Assembly (NCBI GenBank): GCA_037478855.1
Contig: JBBFLY010000005.1
Location: 206-64,205, forward strand
Source: Acidimicrobiales bacterium
Lineage (GTDB): Bacteria > Actinomycetota > Acidimicrobiia > Acidimicrobiales > Acidimicrobilacustridaceae
Length of the DNA: 64,000 nucleotides
Direction of reading: 5' to 3'
Below the pieces are notes generated by a model that did no database searches, was not told the origin of the DNA, and saw only the letters and a list, made by a program, of their open reading frames with translations. The position numbers were made by a program, and so were the translations under genes. Within the stretch, counting starts at the first letter, position 1; the number at the start of each line of letters is the position of its first letter. Positions 18,779-27,784 of this stretch are shown piece by piece.

Positions 18779-19920
18779 TAGGTTCGCCACTGGTGAGCGG
18801 CACACCTGACGCACAGACCTGGCGGTACCTCGACCTGGGTCGACAGGGCCCCTCTGAGAATGCGTCGTTGATGCCGGTGCTGGCCCGCTCGGTAGCGGAG
18901 GGATCCCGGCCGATCGCGCAGACGAGCGTCTGGGGCAGCACCCATCTCAACGTGGGCTGGTTCGACGACGTCGACGCGACCCTCGACCTCGAGCGCTGCC
19001 GGGAGCTCGGCGTTGAGGTCATCCGCCGCCAGCTCTACGGCGGTGGCACGGCGTTCTACGCCGCGGAGTGCGCGGCGATGTGGGGCTTCCTGCTGCCGAA
19101 GGACCCGAACGTGAAGGCCGATCTCGACGCCCTGCTCAGCCGATTCCAACCGGTGCTGCTCGATGCGCTGGACCGCCTCGGGCTCGGCGAGGTGCAGTTC
19201 GAGGGTTCCAGCGACCTGCGCTGGCGGGGCCGCAAGCTGGGTGCGCTCACCGCGCAAGACGTGATGGTGTGCACCTCCGTCGGCGGCTTCCTGAACCTGG
19301 CCAAGCCCGACATCGAGCTGTACCTGCAGGTGGTGCGCATCCCCGATGAGAAGTTCAAGGACAAAGCGGTCAAGGACATGCGGGAGTACGTGTGCACGGC
19401 CGAGGAGGTCTCGGGGCGCGCCGTCACCTACGAGGACTTCCGCGACGCGCTGCTCGCCGCGCTCACCGCAGCGGGGATCACCCTCGAGCCCAGCGATCTC
19501 ACCGAGGGCGAGCGGTACGGCCTGTCGAAGATCTCCGCGCGGGTGGGCAGTGACGAGGCCGTCCGACGGATCTCCTCGAACCGTTTCCGTGGATCCGCCC
19601 CCGCAGGCAGCCGGGTGGGCTTCGGCAACCACAAGGGTCGCAAGCTCTGCCGCGCCGGGGTGGCGATCGGCCCCCGGGGTGTGATCGTCGACGCGATGAT
19701 GGCCGGGGACATGCACGTCTCCCCTGGCGACGTGCTGGACCGGATCGCGTCCTCGCTCCTCGGTGCCCGCTCGGACGACGAGGCGGATCTTCGCGCACGC
19801 ATCGCCTCGGTTTTCGAAGCTGACGACGTCCACCAGGCCGACGCGGCGATGGGGGTGACCACCGACGATCTGCTCGCCGCCGTGCGCAAGGCCATCGAGG
19901 ACGCCAGGGCGGACCGGTGA
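18775..19920 (+). CDS. Lipoate-protein ligase A (LplA/BPL_LplA_LipB) family protein
   Basis: 381 aa. RRQLYGGGTAFYAAE corresponds to the RRxSGGGAV(F/Y)HD motif. GRKLGALTAQ corresponds to the lysine-containing (D/G)RK(V/I)SGSA motif. A C-terminal accessory domain is present. The start may be the GTG at about 18796. Confidence 0.55.
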   Translation: MVGSPLVSGTPDAQTWRYLDLGRQGPSENASLMPVLARSVAEGSRPIAQTSVWGSTHLNVGWFDDVDATLDLERCRELGVEVIRRQLYGGGTAFYAAECAAMWGFLLPKDPNVKADLDALLSRFQPVLLDALDRLGLGEVQFEGSSDLRWRGRKLGALTAQDVMVCTSVGGFLNLAKPDIELYLQVVRIPDEKFKDKAVKDMREYVCTAEEVSGRAVTYEDFRDALLAALTAAGITLEPSDLTEGERYGLSKISARVGSDEAVRRISSNRFRGSAPAGSRVGFGNHKGRKLCRAGVAIGPRGVIVDAMMAGDMHVSPGDVLDRIASSLLGARSDDEADLRARIASVFEADDVHQADAAMGVTTDDLLAAVRKAIEDARADR

Positions 19921-20678
19921 GCATCGCGGGTGCCACGGTCCTGGTGACGGGCGCGTCCTGCGGGATCGGCGCCGCGCTTGCGACGCAGCTCGCCGAGCGG
20001 GGCGCCGTCGTCGGGCTCGTGGCACGCCGGGAGCGCCGGCTGCGTGAGGTGCTCGAGCGCTGCCGGGCACGCTCCCCACGGTCCCGGATGTGGGTGGTCG
20101 ACCTCGCCGACCACGACCGAGCGGTAGCCGTGCTCGCCGACCCGTTCTCGGTGTCGTTGCACGCCATCACCCGCAACCCGCCACCCGAGGGTGGACGGGC
20201 CGTGGTCTACGGCGCGGGCGCGCTCGGGATCACCTCGACCGCGATCCTCCAGGCGCTGTATCCCTCGGTCGAGGTCGCCACGATCGCCCGCTGGCCGGCA
20301 CAGGCGGCGCTGGCCTCGCGGCTGGGAGCCACGGTGCTCAGAGGCGCGCCCCAGACGGTGGAGGTCGGGATCCGGGTGCTGACCCATGGCGGCAAGCTCG
20401 TGCAGATGGGGGTGTCGTCGCCGGCCCGCTTCGAGTGGACCCCGTGGTACTTCCAGGAGCTGCAGCTCATCGGCTCCAACGCCTTCGGGATCGAGGAGGT
20501 GGCGGGACGCCGCCAGCACGCCATCGTCCACTACCTGGAGCTGGTCGCCGAAGGTCGCATCGACCTGAGTGGCATGCTCACCCACCGGTTCCGCCTCGAC
20601 CAGTGGCGTGACGCGTTCCGCACGCTGATCGACCAGGGCTCGACCGGCGCCATCAAGGTCGCCTTCGACTTCCGGTGA
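19917..20678 (+). pseudogene. Chimeric ORF: first ~70 aa of an SDR fused to a shortened C-terminal half of a zinc-type medium-chain alcohol dehydrogenase (probable deletion-fusion remnant)
   Basis: ATVLVTGASCGIGAALATQLAERGAVVGLVARRERRLREVLE...VVDLADHD is the SDR start. It switches to DPFSVSLHAI...VVYGAGALGITSTAILQA...ASRLGATV...GGKLVQMGV...IGSNAFG...FRLDQWRDAFRTLIDQGSTGAIKVAFDF, which is an MDR C-terminal half lacking the GroES-like catalytic domain. Confidence 0.5.
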
Positions 20679-22015
20679 GCGATCCCACCCTCGAAGAGCT
20701 GCTCGAGCCGTGGCCACAGGGTCGTGAGCTCGCGGTCGCCCTGGCAGGCGGGCTTCGGCGGCGGGGGGTGCGACGCGGCGACCGGGTCGCCTGGCGACTG
20801 CCGAACGACGAACGGGTCATCGCGCTCTACCGAGCCTGCTGGCGGCTCGGCGCGGTGGCCGCACCCCTGCATCCACGATCCGGGGGAGCGGAGATCGGTG
20901 CGCTGATCAGCCAGCTCGCCCCCGCGGTGGTCCTGACCTCACTCGACGAGGTCGAAGCGCTCGCCACGTCGGGCGACCGGCACCCGACGATCGATGCCGC
21001 ACCCGATGACGACGCGGTCGTGCTGTTCACCGCCGGCTCGACGGGCACCCCGAAGGGCGTCCGCCACACGCATCGCTCGCTCGTCTACAAGGCGCGGCTG
21101 ATGGTGGCGGTCCACGGTCTGCAGGCGGAGGACGTGGTGCTCATGCCTGCGCCGCTGGCGCACATCTCGGGCCTGCTCAACGGCATCCTGGTGCCCGGTG
21201 CCGCTGGGATGTCGAGTGTGCCCATGGCCCGCTGGTCCGCCACGGAGGCGCTGGATCTCATCGAGCGTCACCGGGTGTCGTTCATGGTCGGCCCGCCGAC
21301 GTTCTTCGTGGATCTGATGGAGGTGCCCGGGTTCGGTGCGGATCGGGTCGCGTCCTTGCGCTTGATCTCCTCGGGCGGTGCCGGCGTGGCACCCACGTTC
21401 GTGGACCGGGCGACCGAGCAGCTCGGTGCCGTGGTGAAACGGTCCTACGGATCGACTGAGGCGCCGACGGTCGCCACCGCCGTCGACGGCGACGACCCCG
21501 CGCTGGCGCGCATCCACGACGGTCACGCCGTCGGTGAGGCTCGCCTCCAGCTCGATGAGCGCGGTCAGCTCCTCGTGCGCGGTCCCGAACTGTTCGCCGG
21601 CTACCTCTCACCAGAGCAGACCCGGGCCACCATGACCCCAGACGGCTGGTTCCAAACCGGGGACATCGCCACCATCAGCTCCGACGGGTGGCTCACCATC
21701 ACCGGTCGCGCCAAGGAGCTGATCATCCGTGGCGGGGAGAACATCTCGATCACCGAGGTCGAGCAGGTCCTCGAAGCGCACCCCGACGTGGTACGCGCCG
21801 CGGTGCTCGGCGAACCCGACGACCGCCTGGGCGAGCGGGTGGTCGCCATCGTGGTGGCCCGTCGCAGCTTCGATCTCCACACCTGCCAGGGCTGGTTCGC
21901 CCAGCGCGGCGTCGCCCGCTTCAAGACCCCCGAACGGGTGGTGCTCGTCGACGAACTACCAGTGACCCCCACCGGCAAGCTCGACCGGCAGGCGCTGCGA
22001 GGGTTGGTGGGTTGA
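20675..22015 (+). CDS. AMP-dependent acyl-CoA ligase (short form)
   Basis: 446 aa with LFTAGSTGTPKGVRHTH, FQTGDIATISSDGWLTITGRAKELIIRGGENI and the C-terminal KTPERVVLVDELPVTPTGKLDRQ. The GTGA overlaps the preceding ORF. Confidence 0.8.
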   Translation: MSDPTLEELLEPWPQGRELAVALAGGLRRRGVRRGDRVAWRLPNDERVIALYRACWRLGAVAAPLHPRSGGAEIGALISQLAPAVVLTSLDEVEALATSGDRHPTIDAAPDDDAVVLFTAGSTGTPKGVRHTHRSLVYKARLMVAVHGLQAEDVVLMPAPLAHISGLLNGILVPGAAGMSSVPMARWSATEALDLIERHRVSFMVGPPTFFVDLMEVPGFGADRVASLRLISSGGAGVAPTFVDRATEQLGAVVKRSYGSTEAPTVATAVDGDDPALARIHDGHAVGEARLQLDERGQLLVRGPELFAGYLSPEQTRATMTPDGWFQTGDIATISSDGWLTITGRAKELIIRGGENISITEVEQVLEAHPDVVRAAVLGEPDDRLGERVVAIVVARRSFDLHTCQGWFAQRGVARFKTPERVVLVDELPVTPTGKLDRQALRGLVG

Positions 22016-22205
22016 TGGTGGTGGCCGGTCTCAGCGGGCGACGGCCTGCACCTCGACCACCCGCACCGGCATCGTCGCACGACGAGTGAGCCCCCGACGA
22101 CACAGAACCCCCAGCGGTCAGCTCTCTCGATGTTGTCCGCGGCGGCAGCCTCGCAACCGAGCGCCGCGACCACCACCCGAACCGCAACCACTGCCCGGTA
22201 TCGGC

Positions 22206-22775
22206 TCAGCACTCCACCGCCCCGTCCCACTTCTGCTCCCGACCAAGCTCCTCCACCTTCCAGAACCCACCCTGTTTCGACAGCTTCATCAACAACCGAG
22301 ACGTACTGACCCGATCGTTCAGCACCAGACCGGACGGAACGTCGTACAGGACGCTGTCGTCGACACGACAGACAGCCACCGTCGCAGAGGTCCCAGAGAC
22401 CTCCGGTGGTGAGGCCCGAGCCGCGGACACCGACCCGGCTGGAAGGCGAATCGCCTGACCGAGGGCAGCCGTGTTCTAGATGTTCTCGCGTGATCGGGCA
22501 CGCGCCGGACCTGTGAAGTAGCGATCGAGCCCAAGACGATCCGGGTTGGGCGGGTTGTTCGCCGCGAGGAAGGTCTCCCAGCAGCCCTGCACCGCCGCTA
22601 GGACCGCCTCCTCCTCAGACGGGACTCGAGTGCTCGACGTCGACGACGTGACCACCTGCTCAACCGCAGAGGAAGGAGCCGGCATCGAAGTCGCCACCGA
22701 CTCCCCCTCCCTGCCCCCGCCACCGCACCCGGCAACCAGCACACCGAGCACCACCACGCCCGCCACACCACGCAT
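22206..22775 (-). pseudogene. Secreted lipoprotein gene interrupted by a single in-frame TAG (complement of 22476-22478)
   Basis: Track ORFs 22476..22775 (MRGVAGVVVLGVLVAGCGGGG, a lipobox) and 22206..22430 are in the same frame. My translation across the gap reads ...ARSRENI*NTAALGQAIRLPAGSVSAARAS... with no other stop. Confidence 0.55.
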
Positions 22776-22918
22776 CCCCGCCTCCCGTCACTCCGCCTTC
22801 GCCGTTGCGGCTCCGGAAGCTACGAACCACATCCAGTGCACTCAATCGGAAATCGGTCGCATTCGGCACATCCCGCAGCACCCGCGCCACACAAAGCGAC
22901 ACCAACAGGAATCGACGT

Positions 22919-24004
22919 TCAGATCACTCGTCCGCCGGACTCGATCCGCTCTCGCAGCAGTGAGGCCAGCCGCCGCCGGTGGAAGACCGCGTCGCCGAAC
23001 GCCCGCTCATCGAGCTGCGAGCGCTTGAGGAACAGGTGCACATCGGACTCCCACGTGAAGCCGATGCCCCCGTGCACCTGCAGGGTCGACGCAGTGACCC
23101 GGCGGGCCGCGTCGGAGCACCACGTCTTGGCAGTCGACGCGGCGATCGACCGGTCCGGGTCGTCGGCTGCCACGCACCACGCCGCGTAGTACACGCAGGA
23201 TCGCATCCCCTCCACGTCGACCAGCATGTCCGCGCAGCGGTGCTTCACCGCCTGGAAGGAGCCGATCGGGCGGCCGAACTGCTCCCGCTGCTTGGCGTAG
23301 GCGACGGCGAGATCGAGCGAGCGCGCGGCGATGCCCAGCAGCTCGGCCGCATACGCCGTGGCCCCGAGGTCGCCGAAGCGCTCCAGCGCATCGGCACCCC
23401 CGATGCGCAGCGCGGGCGTCCGATCGAAGACCAACCACCCCACCTCGCGTGTCCGGTCCATCGCCGGCTCAGCGGTCGGTCGCACACCGTCGCGGAGATC
23501 GACTGCGAACACCGCGTCCGGCGAACGCACGACCGCCACATCAGCCGACGGCGCGTACACCGCAGGCTCGGCGCGACCGGTCAGCACCCACCCGTCGCCC
23601 GCCGGCTCCGCAGCGACCGGCGACCACGCAATGGTGGCGATCGACGCTCCGCTGACGAGCGGCTGGATCCACTCCGGCGCCGCCTCCGACAGCATCGCGA
23701 GGGCGACGATCTGCTGGAGCACGGGCGCTGGTGCCACGTGGGCACCGACCTGTTCGAGCAGCACCGCGACCTCGACGAACCCGAGGCCGAGCCCGCCGAG
23801 CGCCTCGGGGAGGGCAACGGCGGTCCAGCCCTGCTCGACCATCGCCGCCCACAGCTCGGGGTCGTACCCGCCACCGGCGTCGACGACCGCCCGCACCCTG
23901 GTCGACGACGCGTAGCCGCCGAGCAGCTCGCGGGCCGCGTCGCGCAACGCGAGCTGCTCGTCCGAGAGCTCGAAGTCCACCACCAGACGATACCTGACGC
24001 TCAT
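22919..24004 (-). CDS. Acyl-CoA dehydrogenase family protein, short type (candidate non-catalytic partner subunit)
   Basis: Within track ORF 22919..24682. The sequence runs ...VVDFELSDEQLALRDAARELL...FQAVKHRCADM...QVHGGIGFTWESDVHLFLKRSQ. ATG 24004 lies inside operator box 7, and GTG 23980/23983 (V)DFELSDEQ is the more typical ACAD start. Confidence 0.75.
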   Translation of the reverse strand: MSVRYRLVVDFELSDEQLALRDAARELLGGYASSTRVRAVVDAGGGYDPELWAAMVEQGWTAVALPEALGGLGLGFVEVAVLLEQVGAHVAPAPVLQQIVALAMLSEAAPEWIQPLVSGASIATIAWSPVAAEPAGDGWVLTGRAEPAVYAPSADVAVVRSPDAVFAVDLRDGVRPTAEPAMDRTREVGWLVFDRTPALRIGGADALERFGDLGATAYAAELLGIAARSLDLAVAYAKQREQFGRPIGSFQAVKHRCADMLVDVEGMRSCVYYAAWCVAADDPDRSIAASTAKTWCSDAARRVTASTLQVHGGIGFTWESDVHLFLKRSQLDERAFGDAVFHRRRLASLLRERIESGGRVI

Positions 24005-24011
24005 GTCAGCC
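23992..24011. promoter_or_regulatory. Palindromic operator box 7: acc TGACG ctca TGTCA gcc
   Basis: Lies in the divergent region between the short ACAD (-) and the long ACAD (+, ATG 24044). Confidence 0.7.
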
Positions 24012-24043
24012 CCGGGGTGGACGGGTCTAGGATTGCTCCGCCT

Positions 24044-25240
24044 ATGGATCTGAGCCCCACGCCGGAGCAGCACGCGTTCCGGGCCGAGTGCCGGGTGTGG
24101 CTCGAAGCCAACCTGCCCTGGGAGTACGGCAGGGGGCTCCCGCCGCACTTCGACGATCTCGCGGAGGAGGTCGCCTTCCTGCGTGCGTGGCAGGCCAAGC
24201 TCGCCGCGGGCCGGTGGGTCGGGGTGACCTGGCCCGAGGAGTACGGCGGTCGGGGTGCCGGACCGCTGCATCACTACATCGTCCAAGAGGAGCTGGCCCG
24301 GGCGCGCGCCCCCGAGCTCGTGGGCCGCATCGGCGTGAACCTGGTCGGCCCCACCCTGCTCGCCCACGGAACCGCCGAGCAGCGGGCCCGCTGGCTGCCC
24401 GGCATCCTCAACGCTGAGCAGCTGTTCTGCCAGCTCTTCAGCGAGCCCGGCGCAGGGAGCGACCTCGCCGCGCTCTCCACTCGAGCCGAACGGGTCGCGG
24501 GTGGGTGGCGGATCAACGGGCAGAAGGTGTGGACGTCCTACGCGCAGTTCGCGGACTGGGGGCTCCTGCTCGCCCGGACCGACCCCTCCGCACCGAAGCA
24601 CCGCGGCATCTCGGCCTTCGTCATCGACATGCACCAACCCGGGGTGGAGGTCCGCCCGCTGCGCCAGATCACCGACGAGCACGACTTCAACGAGGTGTTC
24701 TTCACCGACGCGTTCGTACCCGACGAGAACCTCATCGGGGCGGAGAACGACGGCTGGCGGGTGTCATCGTCCACGCTGGCCCACGAGCGCGGCACCAACC
24801 CTCGACAGCTGGTGATCCACGCGCAGCTGCTCGAGGAGCTGCTCCGCCTGGCTCTCGAGGAGGGCCGGTTCGACGACCACCACCTCCAGCAGCGCCTGGC
24901 CGAGGCCTACGTGGAGGTACGGCTGTTCCAGCTGCACAACTGGCGCTCGCTCTCCCGCCTCGAGCACGGCCGAGAGCTCGGGCCGGAGGGCAGCGCGCTC
25001 AAGCTCTACTGGAGCGAGATGAGCAAGCGACTGCACGACACGGCGATGGCCGTGCTCGGTGACGCATCGCCGCTGTGGTGGGGTGCCGCGGAGAACCCGG
25101 GTGGCGGGAGGTGGCAGCGCAGCTGGCTCTACTACCACGCAGCCTCCATCTTCGCCGGGACCAACGAGATCCAACGGACCATCATCGGCGAGCGAGTCCT
25201 CGGACTGCCTCGCGAACCGCAGGAGGCCAAGCCACGGTGA
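24044..25240 (+). CDS. Acyl-CoA dehydrogenase (long type)
   Basis: Within track ORF 22979..25240. The start is MDLSPTPEQHAFRAECRVWLEANLPWEY (in frame). Motifs seen: WPEEYGGRG, CQLFSEPGAGSDLAAL, TLAHERGTN, IFAGTNEIQRTIIGERVLGLPRE. Confidence 0.85.
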   Translation: MDLSPTPEQHAFRAECRVWLEANLPWEYGRGLPPHFDDLAEEVAFLRAWQAKLAAGRWVGVTWPEEYGGRGAGPLHHYIVQEELARARAPELVGRIGVNLVGPTLLAHGTAEQRARWLPGILNAEQLFCQLFSEPGAGSDLAALSTRAERVAGGWRINGQKVWTSYAQFADWGLLLARTDPSAPKHRGISAFVIDMHQPGVEVRPLRQITDEHDFNEVFFTDAFVPDENLIGAENDGWRVSSSTLAHERGTNPRQLVIHAQLLEELLRLALEEGRFDDHHLQQRLAEAYVEVRLFQLHNWRSLSRLEHGRELGPEGSALKLYWSEMSKRLHDTAMAVLGDASPLWWGAAENPGGGRWQRSWLYYHAASIFAGTNEIQRTIIGERVLGLPREPQEAKPR

Positions 25241-26073
25241 GCGGGTTCGAGACGCTGCTCTACGAGGTCGATGGACCAGTCGCGCAGATCACCTTGAACC
25301 GACCGGAGCGGGCCAATGCGCAGTCGATGCAGCTCATCGACGAGCTCGACCGGGCACTCGACCTCGCCGACGCAGACGATCGCGTCCGGGTCGTCATCCT
25401 CGCCGCGGCGGGCAGACACTTCTCCTCCGGCCACGACCTCAAAGAGCTCGTCGGACCCGAGGCCGACCCCGAGCTGCAGGCGCGACGCGCCACCCCGGAG
25501 GGCAAGTTCCGCCACGAGCGGCAGATGTACTTCGACCGGTGCGTGCGGCTCTACGAGTTCCGCAAGCCCACCATCGCCGCCGTGCAGGGCCGGTGCATCG
25601 CCGCGGGGCTGATGCTCGCGGCGATGTGCGACCTGATCATCGCGGCGGACGACGCCGTCTTCCAGAACCCGGTGGCCCGCATGAGCGGCGCCGGTGTCGA
25701 GCTGCTGGTGGAGCCCTGGGAGCTCGGCATCCGCAAGGCCAAGGAGTTCCTGCTCACCGGCGACGAGCTCGACGCGCAGGAAGCCTGGCGGCTCGGGATG
25801 GTCAACAAGGTGGTGCCACGCGATGAGCTCGAGACCGCAGCCCGGGCCATGGCCGCCAAGATCGCACTCGTCCCTCCGGTCACTGCCGAGCGAATCAAGG
25901 ACTCGATCAACCAGACCTTCGAGCTCATGGGCAAGCGCCACTCGTGGAACTTCCACTTCATGGCCCACCACTTCACGCACAGCACCGCCACGGCGCTGGG
26001 CAAGCTCGCCGAGCGAGAGCAGATGGGCTCGATGAAGGAGGTCTTCGAGGCCCGCGATCGGGGCGACGTCTAG
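25237..26073 (+). CDS. Enoyl-CoA hydratase/isomerase (crotonase) family
   Basis: GTG start overlapping the ACAD stop (GTGA). Sequence: VSGFETLLYEVDGPVAQITLNRPERANAQ...AAAGRHFSSGHDL. Confidence 0.8.
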   Translation: MSGFETLLYEVDGPVAQITLNRPERANAQSMQLIDELDRALDLADADDRVRVVILAAAGRHFSSGHDLKELVGPEADPELQARRATPEGKFRHERQMYFDRCVRLYEFRKPTIAAVQGRCIAAGLMLAAMCDLIIAADDAVFQNPVARMSGAGVELLVEPWELGIRKAKEFLLTGDELDAQEAWRLGMVNKVVPRDELETAARAMAAKIALVPPVTAERIKDSINQTFELMGKRHSWNFHFMAHHFTHSTATALGKLAEREQMGSMKEVFEARDRGDV

Positions 26074-27282
26074 ATGGCTGGTCCGCTCGAAGGCCTGCGG
26101 GTCATCGACGTCGGCACCCGCATCTCCGCACCGTTCTGCGCGGGGCTGCTCGGCGAGATGGGGGCCGAGGTGATCAAGGTGGAGCAGCCGGGCACCGGCG
26201 ACTTCATGCGCGAGATCGGGCCGTTCGTGCCCGTCGACGGCGAGGACGGTCCGGGCCACTCGCTCTTCTGGTCGGTGGAAGGCCGGGGCCGCAAGGGCGT
26301 GACCCTCGACCTGCGCAGCCCCGACGGCCAAGACCTGTTCCGCCGGCTGTGCCGCCACGCTGACGTGGTGTGCGAGAACTTCCGCCCGGGGACCATGGAG
26401 CGCTGGAACATCGGACCAGCCGATCTCGACGAGCGCCTGGTCATGGTGCGCATCTCGGTGTTCGGCCAGGACGGGCCCTCGTCGTCACGGCCGGGGCTCG
26501 ACCGGCTCGGCATCGGCTACGGCGGCCTGCTCCACCTCACCGGCTATCCCGACCGGCCGCCAGTCCGACCAGGCGTCACCGTGAGCGACTACCTCACCGG
26601 GGTGTTCGCCGCCCAGGCCGCGCTCGCGGCGCTCTACCGACGCGATGCGCGCGGGACGGGAACCGGTGCGGTGATCGACGCCTGCCTGTACGGCTCCGTG
26701 CTGCGCATCCTCGAGTGGACGATCGCCGGCTATGACCGTCTGGGCATCGTCCGCGAGCGTGAAGGCAACCGGCTCGCCAACTCGGCGCCGATCGACAACT
26801 ATCCGACCGCCGACGGCCGCTACGTCTGCATCGTCGCGGGCTCCGACGCGAACTTCCGTCGCCTCTGCGCTGCGATGGGCCGCCCCGAGCTCGCTACCGA
26901 CCCCCGCTTCGCCCGGCTCGCTGATCGGGCTGCGCGGGCTGACGAGATCAACGGGATCGTCGAGGAGTGGACCCGCTCGCTCACCGCCCGCGAGATCGAG
27001 AACCGCTGCGTCGACCATGACGTACCGGTGGCGACCGCCTACACGGCGGCCGACATCGCGAGCGACCCACACATGCGGGCCAGGGGCGATCTGATCACGG
27101 TGGTCGACTCGGTGATCGGCCCGGTGCTCCAACAAGCCCCGTTCCCCCGCTTCGTCGGGGAGGAGATCCCCGTGCCGTCGAGCGCGCCGCGGCTCGGCGA
27201 GCACAACCGGGAGGTGTGGTGCGGGCTGGTGGGGCTGAGCGACGACGAGTACGACCGAGCCGTCACTGCGGGCATCATCTGA
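26074..27282 (+). CDS. Family III CoA-transferase (CaiB/BaiF; alpha-methylacyl-CoA racemase-like)
   Basis: 402 aa, MAGPLEGLRVIDVGTRISAPFCAGLLGEMGAEVIKVEQPGTGD...ENFRPGTMERW. Confidence 0.8.
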   Translation: MAGPLEGLRVIDVGTRISAPFCAGLLGEMGAEVIKVEQPGTGDFMREIGPFVPVDGEDGPGHSLFWSVEGRGRKGVTLDLRSPDGQDLFRRLCRHADVVCENFRPGTMERWNIGPADLDERLVMVRISVFGQDGPSSSRPGLDRLGIGYGGLLHLTGYPDRPPVRPGVTVSDYLTGVFAAQAALAALYRRDARGTGTGAVIDACLYGSVLRILEWTIAGYDRLGIVREREGNRLANSAPIDNYPTADGRYVCIVAGSDANFRRLCAAMGRPELATDPRFARLADRAARADEINGIVEEWTRSLTAREIENRCVDHDVPVATAYTAADIASDPHMRARGDLITVVDSVIGPVLQQAPFPRFVGEEIPVPSSAPRLGEHNREVWCGLVGLSDDEYDRAVTAGII

Positions 27283-27284
27283 CC

Positions 27285-27773
27285 ATGTCCTCCCCCATAC
27301 CCTCCCGCCCCCGCCCCGCTCCCACCGCCGTGGTCGCCATCACCGTCGCCGTCGCGCTCACCGCCTGCTCGACCGGGGACGACCGTGGCGACCGTGCCGA
27401 ACCGGCGCGGACCACCTCGACGACTGCTGCCACCACGAGCGCCATCGCAGGCACGCCGCCCAACGCCTGCGACAGCAAGATGCCCGGCGAGGTGATGACG
27501 GCCGAGGAGGCGGTGATCCGCTTCAGCAGCCAGCAGGTCTGCCCCGGGTACGTGACCGTCGCGCTCGGCACGCCCGTCACCTGGCGGAACACCGGCGACG
27601 CCGTCTACACCGTCACGATCAAAGCCGGCCCGCTGCCGAGCAGCACCGCCATCCGACAGGAACGGGTTGATCCGGGGGCCACCGTGGTGGTGGAGCTCCC
27701 GACCGCCGGCCAGTTCGCGTGGACCACCGACGCGCTCGAGGCGTTCGTCGGCACCATCGAGGTCCAGGGCTGA
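27285..27773 (+). CDS. Lipoprotein with a cupredoxin-like beta-sandwich C-terminal domain (no obvious Cu ligands)
   Basis: Within track ORF 27216..27773, with ATG 27285. Sequence: MSSPIPSRPRPAPTAVVAITVAVALTAC (lipobox), then VTVALGTPVTWRNTGDAVYTVT...FVGTIEVQG. No His/Cys/Met triad follows. Confidence 0.4.
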   Translation: MSSPIPSRPRPAPTAVVAITVAVALTACSTGDDRGDRAEPARTTSTTAATTSAIAGTPPNACDSKMPGEVMTAEEAVIRFSSQQVCPGYVTVALGTPVTWRNTGDAVYTVTIKAGPLPSSTAIRQERVDPGATVVVELPTAGQFAWTTDALEAFVGTIEVQG

Positions 27774-27784
27774 CGCGGGCCCGC

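Noticed and set aside
24005-24682. Long N-terminal extensions in the ORF track, e.g. 22919..24682, 27785..29983, 46252..48996, 5714..7438, 46132..49080, 45026..46822 and 50424..51587.
   Set aside because: The extensions read through the intergenic operators into neighbouring genes and have junk composition. Internal in-frame starts give N-termini typical of the respective families, and I checked every chosen start for frame against the track coordinates.
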